From Salpingoeca rosetta (lineage: Eukaryota; Protista; Choanoflagellata), in contig JAWQFM010000003.1 of the NCBI GenBank assembly GCA_033442325.1, forward strand, positions 1,552,967 to 1,616,966: DNA of 64,000 nucleotides, in the 5' to 3' direction. A model generated the notes under the pieces. The model searched no databases, had not been told where the DNA came from, and saw nothing but the letters and a program-made list of their open reading frames with translations. The position numbers were made by a program, and so were the translations under genes. Positions 53,201 to 64,000 of the stretch are shown here, one piece after another (within the stretch, counting starts at the first letter, position 1; every line of letters starts with the position of its first letter).

Positions 53201-53480
53201 GACATTGAGTGAGAGCGCGTGGGAGGTGGTTGTGGGAGGTGGTTGTGGAAGGTGGATGTGGAAGATGGATGTGGAAGTGTGTGACTGGTCGATCCTATGT
53301 GATGTGACCTCACCGCTGCCACACCAACAACTGTTGTCCCCATTGCAGGCTGAGATTGTCTCGACCGAGTTTTTCAAGTCCATCATCAAGTCCAAGGTGT
53401 GCTTCCCTGTCATAGAGGCAGAGGGTCTCGTACATGTACACACACACACTCGGATAAGAAAGCAACGAGAATGCGGGCGT

Positions 53481-53549
<69 letters not shown>

Positions 53550-54563
53550 CGCACCCATTCACACTCCCACGCTCCACCATCCGCTGCTATTATTGTTATT
53601 GATCTTGTCTGCAGTCGGCAATGATGTATTCGGAAGCGCAGATGCGCATCGATGACAAGTCGGACAACTCCGAGCTCACACAGAGTGAGGCCACATTACC
53701 TTGAAACACGTGCCTTCCTCCCCTCATGTTTTGCATGCGTGTGCATGCGTGTGCATGCGTGTGCGCGTGTGTGAGACCGTTCTTTCTTATGCTTGCTTGA
53801 TGTGTGTTTGCATCTGACGATGAGGGCTGCTTGCTCCTGGATTCATGCTCGCTGTTGTTCACGTGCCCCGACGTTCGCTCCCCCCCCCCCCGCAACCTCT
53901 CAACCGCGTGCAGGTCTGCGCGTTCTCAACTCTCTGGCGAAGAAACTGCGCCGTCGCCGCATCGAACGTGGCGCCCTCATGCTTGCATCGACAGAGGTCC
54001 ATGCTTGCATTTGTGGACACACGCACCCACCCACCCACGCACGCACGCACACACACACGCGCGCATATGTTGCATGTACACCTTCGCGAGCACTGTACAC
54101 TCGCGTCTCGCGCAGAAGCACACACGCAAGCGCATATTCCCCATGGTACCCCTCTCTGACGTGTGCATGTGTGCGGTTGCAATGTGTCTCCTCCTCCTCT
54201 TCCTTCTCCTCTGCCACAGGTGCGCTTTAGTATGGACAACGAGACCAACGACCCCGTGGACATGAAGATCAAGGAGCAGTACGAGACAAACTCCATGGTC
54301 GAGGTGCGCTGTTGCTGCTGGTGTTGCATGACTGCGATCCTGCCTGAGTGAATGTTCCTGTTGCTCTTGCTGACACTCGCGGCTATTAATGACTCGACAC
54401 GTGTGCGCGGTTGTACGTGTGTGCTCACTCGTGGGTGCAGGAGTTTATGCTGTTGGCCAATGTGTCGACCGCTGAGCACATTTTCCGCCACTTTCCGCAG
54501 TGCGCTGTTCTTCGTCGTCACCCGTCCCCGCCACCAGCAAACTTTGAACCCCTCCTCAAGGCG

Positions 54564-54623
<60 letters not shown>

Positions 54624-55162
54624 GCGTGTGTGTGTGCGTGTGTGTGTGTGTGTGTGTGGTGTGATGTAATGTAATGTGATGTGTGCTTTGCGTGACTGAA
54701 ACCTCTGTGCGTTGCGTGTGCAGGCGCATGTTGCTGGTGTTGAGCTGAGCACTGCGAGTTCAAAGGAGCTTGCTGTCTCCCTGGACCGCGCCGCCCCAGA
54801 GGGCAAGCCCTACCTCCGCACCCTCCTGCGCATGCTGGTACGTGTTTGAGGGGCATGTGCTTGCGCGCTTTGAATTGGACTTGGATGCATGTTGCTGCTG
54901 TATCTGCCGTTGCCTGTGCTGAGATTTTGCTCAAGCTGTCTCTTTGCTTTCCCTCGACCCCTTCGTTTGTGTGATGCGTGTTTGTTCGTTTGTGGTTTTG
55001 TTTTGTTTTGTTTTTTGGCCCCGCCCCTCGTTCCAGGCGACCCGCTGCATGATGCAAGCCGTGTATTTCAGCTCGGGCACTGTTCCCCAGACTGAATTCA
55101 AGCATTACGGTCTTGCCTCCCCCATCTACACCCATTTCACATCTCCAATTCGAAGGTGGAAA

Positions 55163-55212
<50 letters not shown>

Positions 55213-56043
55213 GTTATTGTACACTGTGTCATGTGCAGTGCAGTGGCTTTGCGCGTGTTGACCCTCCTTCCCGAACTGCGTGCTTCTCGCCGTGTGCAGG
55301 TATGCTGATGTGCTCGTGCATCGTCTCCTCGCCGCGTCGATTGGAGCAGACATCACCTATCCAGACCTCCTTGACAAGGTGCCCCGGGCCTGCATGCAAA
55401 CAATTTTACAAACGCACACACGCGCACATACACAACCACAGCCATTTGCGCATGCACGCCCATGCAGACGTGCAGTCACGTGGTTGCGCACAGCCGCCGT
55501 TGTAGTCATCCACACGCGCAGGCGACTCACACCCCTCTATCCCCCTCCCTTTATTCCTTTGGTAATTTGCAGGACAAGGTGTCGAGCGTGTGTGATGGAC
55601 TGAACATTCGCAACCGCATGGCGCAATACGCAGCGCGCGCGTCTACCGAGCTCCAGTGCTGCGTCTACTTCAAGGTCGGATGGGGAGACTTGAGGTTTGG
55701 TGGTGATGCGTGTCCGTGGGATGGGTGTGGTGTTGACGGGTTGCTGTTGTGCCGTTTCTTCTTTGTCACTTGCGACAGACTTACGCTCACGCCTGTACCG
55801 ACACACGCACGCGCACACACGCGCGCGTGCACGTGCTATTCGTTATGTGTAGGGGCGCCCCACGGCTGCGACTGGCTACGTGACGCGCGTGCGGAAGAAT
55901 GCAGTGCAGGTCCTGGTGCCAACGTTTGGCGTGGAGGGCCCCGTGTACTTTGACCCCATCGATTCATCGAAGACGGCGCCAACGCTCAAATTTGATGCAG
56001 AACAGCTCACGCTGGACGTCACGCCCGCAGATGGCGGCCAGGT

Positions 56044-56094
<51 letters not shown>

Positions 56095-56655
56095 TGTGTG
56101 TGTGTTTGTGTCTGTGTGTCTGTCTGTGTGTCTGTGTATGTCTGTGTGTCTGTGTGTGTGTGTGTCTGTGTGTGTGTGCACAAATCTGTGTGTGTGTACA
56201 CAAGTGTGTGTGTGTTTGTGTCTGTGTCTGCCATTGTCTGCCTGTCCGCGTCTGTGGCACGTGTGACTGTCGCGTCCTCTCCGTGGCTTGGCTGACCGGG
56301 GTGCTGTTGCTTGCAGGCCACGACCTTCAAAGTGTTTGATGAGGTGCAGGTGCTCATCCAGGTTGACGAATCAGACGCCCAGCGACGCAGGTCAGCATTG
56401 CTTGCGAGCGCTTTTCTGTTTGCGGGCGGTTTTGCGCGTGCGTGGATGTGTGCGCTCAGGTGCTGTTGCGATTGCCTGCTGCCAGCCGCGCATCACGTGC
56501 GAAACGCTCACGTGTGTGCATTTGCATGGTGTTGCAGGATTGTGCTGAAGTTGATGAACCCAGCTGTTGCCGGTGTGTCGGTGAGTGCGCCGAAAGACGT
56601 CGACGTTGAGCCGGGTCTCGCCGACGAGGGCGCCATTGTCGAAGACATCACAGGT

Positions 56656-56689
<34 letters not shown>

Positions 56690-56991
56690 GTGGTGCGGGG
56701 CCCGGTGGCGACGCCATGCATACTGACGAGGATGGTGGTGACGAGGATGAGGATGATGGTGCTGTGGCGCAAGAGGACGCAAAGGATGTGGCGAGGAAGA
56801 GTGGCGGTGCGGGCAGCACGCCTGGGTCCGCAAGGAAAGGTGCTGACGCAAAGAAGAAGGGAAAGGCGGCAAAGGCCAAGAAACAGTCGACAACGCCGAA
56901 GAAGCAGGACAAGGCTGCAAAGCGCCGTGCGTCCAAGAAGAAGGGGAAGAACTCGACCAAGCGCAGCAAGCGGTCGTACTCGCAGGAGTAG
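48621..56991 (+). CDS. DIS3: Exosome catalytic subunit DIS3/RRP44 (25 exons)
   Basis: [14 protein letters not shown] domain ([11 protein letters not shown]; [12 protein letters not shown]), RNB domain ([15 protein letters not shown]; GTTVYL; ETNSMVEEFMLLAN; [21 protein letters not shown]), S1 domain, Lys-rich tail. All introns are GT-AG and in phase. Confidence 0.96.
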
Positions 56992-57000
56992 TTGGCCTGC

Positions 57001-57069
<69 letters not shown>

Positions 57070-57868
57070 TCGTTCGTTTTCACTGGAATACGGTCTTTTG
57101 ACGCGTGCATTTGGTTCTCAATAAAGCAATGTGACCGCGTCATGGAAGTTCGGCACTTGTGGAGTTCGTGTCGTGTACGGTGATGTCAAGGTGGATGTTG
57201 GCTGGTGTCATCGTGTATCGGAGGCGTCGCGTGATGAAGGCGAGGCAAGCCGAAGGAAGCAGAAAAAAAGATAAAAAAAGGAGTCTCCAGGATATGAAAT
57301 GGCGTATCCTAGTACAGGCTGCATCGACTCGCGGTCGATCCTGGTGTTATACACGACCAAGCCCGTGAAGACTGCTTCCCGTCATTGCTTCAGGGCAAAC
57401 GGCTTCCACTGACACGCACACAATACAGAATGCGAAGAAAAAGAACAAATAACAAAAGGGAATGATGTTGGTCTGTTTGGTTCTTTTCCAACAGTTGTGC
57501 GGTGTTGTTCCAGCATCGCCTCCCCCCTCCAATGCCCAACACATAGATGCACATAAGCCTCCTCAAATCGTTCCCCGCACGACCATAATCTGCTGGTCCA
57601 CAGACACAAACCTTACAAACATGGTGTAAAAGCACCGAAAAGAGAAAAAGGCCACAAACAGCTGCGGACAGCGTCATGAAGTTGTACAACGTTGACTACT
57701 GCTACAATGAGTCGAGCTAGAACTTTGAATTCCACAGACATAAGCGGTCACCACCACAACGCACGACAGCAGAGAAAACGACAACCGAATCATCAACCAC
57801 CATCAATCACCAACACCATCACCAGCAGCAGCAGCAGCAGCACTGTAATCATTGTCATTGTCATTGCT

Positions 57869-58243
57869 CTATTGTCTATTGGACTCGGCTTGACCGTCTT
57901 CGTCATCAAACAGCCACGAAAACCGCGCCAGCTGGACGCAGAAGCGCGTGCCATCCACGCACTGCGGATGCGTGCTGTTGTGCGCTGACAACAGCTGCCA
58001 CTCCAACACAGCAAATGGTCGCGTTTGCTCGAAGTGAAACCGAAGTGGAGCTGCTCGCTCTTCAAAGACGGCACCGGACCGAATATCCACCTGCTCCCAC
58101 CGCTGCTCTTTCTCGTCTCGCTTGCCAACAACACGCCTGCAAGATGGACACACAAAGTGGCTGGATCGTGAGCAGAATGCAAACAAACAACAACAACAAA
58201 CAAACAACAACAACAACAAACAACTTAAACAACAACAACAAAC

Positions 58244-58279
<36 letters not shown>

Positions 58280-58293
58280 ACAAACAAACAAAC

Positions 58294-58354
<61 letters not shown>

Positions 58355-61300
58355 AACTTAAACAGCAGCAGTCGCTCACCAAGCGGCCGGGTCCATGGCC
58401 CGTTCGTCGCCCGCAGGGGCCAGCTCATATCCGCTAACGCGACGCGCACCGCCAGAAAACACAAATCGCAGCGATGGCCGCAATTCAAGACCACCGCCAT
58501 CATCAGGGGAGATGGCTGCTGGCCAAGATGCCTTCCAATGCGTCGACAGGCTCTCATCGAGAACGTTCATGGCGCCCTCGCTGCCGCGGATGTCCAGCGT
58601 ACAGCACGTGCACAACTGCCCAAACGACGTCGACTCGCACTCTGCACACACGAAACACACGTGAGCACGCGAATCGTCATCCCACAAGCACAGCCGCAAC
58701 CGAAGCACTCGCACGAAGAAATACACGCGAGCGCGGGACATGGCGTGTGCGTGCGTGTGTGCGCGTGTGCGTGTGATACAACGTGTGCGTAATGCGGTGA
58801 TCACCTGGTTCACTCGGTCGCGCTGGCGTGAGATCAGTCAGCCGCAGCGCCGTCAGCTGGAGGCAGTCAACCTACCGCAGCAACGTGCAAGCACACACAA
58901 GCACGAGTCGCACACGTGCACCCCCAAGCGAGTCAGAACATGCGCAAACGCAAATTGGTAGACAGACAGACACAGACAGACAGACACAGACAGACAGACA
59001 CACACACAGACACACACACACATACACACAGACACACACACACACACGCATGCGAGCAAAACCAGCAGACACAAGCGCATGTCGCTAGAAGCATGCAGGT
59101 TGACACAGCACCAATCCCGCAGAAGCAACGCACCTTGTGTGGGTTCACGACTTGCTTAAACACAAACACAAACGAGCGACACACCGCCATCATGGCCACC
59201 CTGCAGGAACACCACAACAGGAGATACACGTGAGCAGACGTGACCAACTACACGAAGCGTACGTGTGCTGCACACAATGCACTTTGATTGTGCAGTCATG
59301 TCACACATCGTGATACACTGCCAAAATAACACAATGCAACGACGGCCCAGTTAAACTCCAACCCCCTTCCGCTCTTCTGGCTACGGGTCTTTGCACCTGA
59401 AGGCTTTCGCTTGCACTCGATCAGTGAAGACAGCGCCGTCGTTGCTGTGAATGACTGTCTCGACATCGTGCTCTCCGACACACACAACTTGCCTGCACGC
59501 GCACGCACAGACACACATGGGTGAGACCAAGTGCGAGTGACAGCGCAAGGCCAAGAGCAATTCATCTGCACCCAAAGCATACAGCAGCCACCACCCACAG
59601 ACAGACAGACACAAACATGCACACAGACACGCACACACCCACAGACACAGACACAGACACACACGCACACACATGCACACACACACACACATGCACATGC
59701 ACACACCTACACACAGACATGCACCCACTCCCCCCCTCACACACACACATACACGCACATACGTACCACGTGACGGGGTCACGGTTTGGCATGTCGTTTC
59801 CGGAGACGAGTTCATATTCGCGCAGCTGTGCGTACTGGCGTGGATAGAGGGCGATGGTGACATTTGCTGAAGGCGGAGCCTCGCCTGTAGTCGAGGTACG
59901 ACGGTGCGATGTGGAAGTGATGAGTAGTGTGGAACAGGAAATCACAACAACGCATGACATGTGTAAACATGCACACACACACGCACACGCGCACACACAC
60001 ACACACGCAAACACACGCCACGCACACACACACACACACACGCAAACACTCTCGCAAACGTCCACACACACACATACACACACACACACCGGTAAAGTCG
60101 TGGTAGCCAAGCCACTTGGTGTCTGTGCTGCCGTCAAAGAGATTTTCGAGCGGCTCCATGTACGGTGACGTCAGCGGCGTTGAAGGCTGTCCTTGGATCC
60201 CGTATTTGGCGCTCAGGAGGACTGCAGTGGACGTTCGTTCCAGCGGCACAAACGGAATGACAGCCTCCTCTTGCCCAAAATCTATCAGGGGTTAAGCGGG
60301 TGGGAGGAGGAAAGGCGAGAGACACACGCAGACGTGAGAGAAGCAGTTGTGATGCGCTCCAATGCGAATCAGAGCACGTGGAGGGGCTTTGTCAACTCGC
60401 TGTTCCGCAACCACACAAGAATACGATGATGCTCGTCAGTGCGCATTGCACACGGGGGTGACATGGGCGTGGGGAGGAAAGAGTGACATACCGACGTATT
60501 GAGGATTTGGGTTTTTCTTCCAGGAGCCCTGAAACCCGTGGGTCACAAGCTGGTCTGACCACTCAAACGACGATGGCGGCTGCGCACGCGAAGGTGTGTT
60601 TGTTGGCGTGTGTCATGCGTTGTGTGTTGTGTGTCATGTTGTGTGCGTGCTGCGCTGCTTGACGCGTGTGCATGATGCTGAAGCGGCACCGCAAGCTCAT
60701 TCCACACCGTGGGCAGACACTCACATACATGCACACATACATGCACACATACATGCACACACACATACATGCACACACGCGTGCACGACGAACTCACAAA
60801 GTATCCTGCGCTGCCGACGGCAAAGGAGCGCATGGGCATCAGCAGCACATCACCAACTGGAGGAGTACAAGAAGGTGGTGGGGAGGGTGCGTAGATGCAT
60901 GCACGTTGATGCAAGCGTGTGAGTGACGTGGAATTGGTGCACGGAAGGAACAGGTGCTGGCAATTGTGCACCCACGTGCAGACACAGGCACAGGCACAGA
61001 CACACAGGTACAGACACAGACACACAGGTACAGACACAGACACACAGGCACAGGCACAGACACACAGGTACAGACACAGACACACAGGCACAGGCACAGA
61101 CACACAGGTACAGACACAGACACAGATACAGGCGCAAATACACGTACTGAGCACGTAGTTGTCTCGCAGTCTGTCGTCCGTGAACATTCCTTGTCCAAAA
61201 GCAACACCGTAGTGGTCATGGAGGTGACTCGTTACCGCATCGCTCCACACGGCAGGGCCCGTCAGCTTCACGGCGCTGCGGGCGAGTGGCAGTCGCGGGC

Positions 61301-62908
61301 ACAGGCGGGCGCAGTCGCACTGACGGCGTGAGCTCGAACGGACTTGCACTGGCCAGATCCCTCGCACAGGTAGACACACAGACACACAGACACACAGACA
61401 GACACACACACACACACACAGACACACACCACAACCTCATGGTTTCGATGTCCGTGTCTGAGAGAGACTTGAAGTTCTCGTTGATGATGCCGATGGTGCG
61501 AGCGAAGATCTCATGTCCAGGTGCAGCAGCCATTGTCCACTGGCACCTGGAATCGGGGGAAACACACACCACCACACACACCGGAGAGACAATGAGGGAA
61601 GCAGAGGAAGCGGGGGGGGGGGTGTTGACGTGGCAATTGGGACAGGTGGCGACTTGCGCAGCAATTTAAGACGCAGCACAGGCGTCGCGCTATGGAGGAG
61701 AGAAGAAACAGCACCGCGAGCAACAGCAGGGTCATGGTGACGGCCTTCAAACCACCATAACAAGGTGCATTGCAATGGTGTGACATACATTTGATACTGC
61801 CGAGAAAACCACTGCTTCCAGTCTGGCCGTTGCGTGATGATCTCAAACCCCACAATGACAGCTGCGCTGTAATGAATGTTGTGCTTCCTGCCATTGTTTG
61901 CGCATCATGGCGGGCATATGAGTAGGCACGAATGTAAAGGGGTGTGAGCATGACCGTGTACGTGTGTGCATGTGCGTGTACGTGGGTGTATGTGCGTGGA
62001 TGTGGGTGCATGTGCGTGGATGTGATTCCTCACCATTACAACCGAGAAAGGCAAAGTTAGAGAAGAAGAAGCAGCAACAGCAACAGCAGCGAAAGCAAAG
62101 GAAAAGGGTCAAGAAGAAGAAGAAGAAGAAGAAGAAGAAGAAGAAGAAGAAGAAGAAGAAGAAGAAGAAGAAGAAGAAGAAGAAGAAGAAGAAGAAGAAG
62201 AAGAAGAAGAAGAAGAAGAAGAAGAAGAAGAAGAAGAAGACCTTTCTCACCCCACTCTCAAGCCTCACGCCACACGTACAGCGGCCAGTCGTCCAGTGGC
62301 GTCTGCAATGTGACATCAATGTCCGCGTAGTAGCCGCCCACATCGTGCAAGATGACGTAGCGGAAGAGATCTGCGCGGTGGATGGGCTTCATGCGGTTCC
62401 ACGTGTTCACGAGGTTGGGGTGGTTCTTCTCCATGTATGCTGCAATGTCATCGTCCGTGTAGAAGCGATACTCGTAGCCCTTGTTCAGCCGCTGCCACGA
62501 TTCCACGCTCGACTGCGCCAGGTATGGCAACTCCTCGGTCTTCCACGTCTGGTGGATGATGCGCGGAATTTCCACCGGGCAGTGTTGACAGGCTTGCCCA
62601 GCAACAACGCTGCTGTTCTGCGGCTCCCAGTGTAACCTTGGCACGTTGCGTGGCCTGTCGTCTTCACCCTGCTCCTCGCTCGACCCGGGAAGAAGCAGCA
62701 GCTGCTTCAAACCTTCCTCCAGCGTGTAAGCTCGTTGCTGGTGGTGGTGGTTGTGGTGACGGTCGTGCATGTGCTGCGGCACGCCATCTGCGCCAACCAC
62801 GGTGTCCGCGGTACCCTGATACCTGCCCACAAACCAAACACCGACCCCCAACACTGCCAGTGTATACACAGCGCTCACCCCCACCAGCAACCACCGTGAC
62901 GTCTGCAT
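57869..62908 (-). CDS. GT32 (Och1-like DxD) glycosyltransferase with two C-terminal discoidin/F5/8C-like domains
   Basis: Type II anchor; [10 protein letters not shown]; [21 protein letters not shown]; [11 protein letters not shown]; [11 protein letters not shown]; [11 protein letters not shown]; then [11 protein letters not shown]...[17 protein letters not shown] and [11 protein letters not shown]...[17 protein letters not shown]...VQLARF. Confidence 0.85.
62111..62239. repeat. Long (GAA)n/(TTC)n triplet tract in GT32 intron 1
   Basis: About 43 uninterrupted AAG units. Confidence 0.95.
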
Positions 62909-63044
62909 GGTCAGCGTCCGTCTCACTCGCAACACACCACAACACAACAACAGCACAACGCTGCTCCTTGCTTCTCGTCCGCTCGCCCGTCCTCCAACAA
63001 CAGGCGGACAGCGAAAATTACAGGAAAGCATACGCTATTTCTCT

Positions 63045-63383
63045 ACAATCACACTGCACACTGCGCACAACCAATACATCGCACGTCATCACACTGCACG
63101 AACGCCAACCATCAGCATGAGCGAAGACAACAAGAGCAGCAAGCGGCGGGGCTTCCGCTTCTCCATCGACCGTGGTGGCACGTTCACGGACGTGTATGCG
63201 GAGCTGCCCAATGGCGAGCGCACGGTCATGAAGCTGCTGTCAGTGGACAGCGGCTACGAGGACGCGCCCACTGAAGCCATTCGACGCATCCTGGAGAAGG
63301 TGCGTGTGCTTCTTGTGTGTGCTTGTGTGTGCAGTCTGATGACGTGCGATGTATTGGTTGTGCGCAGTGTGCAGTGTGATTGT
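63045..63383. repeat. 55-bp inverted repeat (arms 63045-63099 and 63329-63383, 54/55 match)
   Basis: ACAATCACACTGCACACTGCGCACAACCAATACATCGCACGTCATCACACTGCAC versus its reverse complement, with one mismatch at 63336. Confidence 0.95.
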
Positions 63384-64000
63384 GTGCATGTGCATGTGCT
63401 TGTGTGGGGTTTGTCTGGAGAGCTGACTTTGTTGTTGCTTGTTGTTGCTTGTTGTTGTTGCTTGGTTTACTGTGTGGATGATGATACCAGCACACTGGCA
63501 AGCCCCATCCCAAAGGGGAGCCCATTGATACGAGCAACATCGAGTCCATTCGCATGGCCACCACGGTTGCCACCAACGCCCTTCTCGAACGCAAAGGGGA
63601 GCCCATTGCACTGGTCATCACCAAGGTGCGCTCCATGCTTCGCGTGCACTGTGCATGTGTGCGTGCAAGTGCGTGTATATGTGTGCTGAGTGTGTGCTGA
63701 GTGTGCAACCATTCCGTGTGCATGTGCCGCTGCGAGCGAGCTTGCACTGCCATGCGTGTGTGCCACGCAACAAGCCTGCCGCTCATTGTCTCACCGCGCA
63801 CGACACTTGTTACCAACAGGGCCTGCGCGACCTGCTGCACATTGGCAACCAGTCGCGCCCAAAGATCTTTGACCTGAAGATTGAAGTGCCAGAAGTGCTC
63901 TACTCGCAGGTGTGTTGCACCTTCCATCCTGAACACCCTCTACATGTGCGAACAATGTAACAATGTGCTGAGACCATCACGCACACCATCACAAGGCCAC
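63117..64000 (+). CDS. OPLAH: 5-oxoprolinase (ATP-hydrolysing), 5' part only
   Basis: [74 protein letters not shown]. Confidence 0.93.

Noticed and set aside
55090-55101. GACTGAATTCA copy inside DIS3
   Set aside because: Encodes T-E-F in a conserved exon; treated as a chance match, not a promoter.
63045-63383. Inverted repeat interpreted as a MITE
   Set aside because: No target-site duplication, and the interior is a conserved host exon; kept as a structural finding instead.

Overview
Eukaryotic, GC-rich, intron-dense genomic DNA full of (CA)n/(TG)n microsatellites. The style and gene content suggest a choanoflagellate such as Salpingoeca rosetta (inference). By hand-splicing GT-AG exons I can support 15 protein-coding genes, mostly arranged as head-to-head pairs: XK-like membrane protein (-, partial) / giant EF-hand coiled-coil protein (+); CRIPT (-) / alanine aminotransferase (+); Niban/FAM129-like PH protein (-) / B3GALT6 (+); CISD (-); SH3-SH3-PDZ-PDZ protein (-) / PP1 inhibitor-2 (+); Zn-finger-like Q-rich protein (-) / bacterial-type SAM methyltransferase (+); EDEM1 (-); a 68-aa Chs5-N-like microprotein (-) / DIS3 (+); GT32 glycosyltransferase with two discoidin-like domains (-) / 5-oxoprolinase (+, partial). 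Most short ORFs in the track are microsatellite or antisense shadows. The top leads are: (1) a stand-alone 'mini-Chs5' that resembles the ChAP-binding N-terminus of the exomer scaffold, usually described as fungal-only; (2) a palindromic GACTGAATTCAG(TC) element in 4 of 7 divergent promoters; (3) a 55-bp near-perfect inverted repeat enclosing the first coding exon of 5-oxoprolinase; (4) long sense-strand (UG)n tracts just after several stop codons; (5) a frameshifting lesion in the ALT gene. All homology calls come from recalled family motifs, not database searches.
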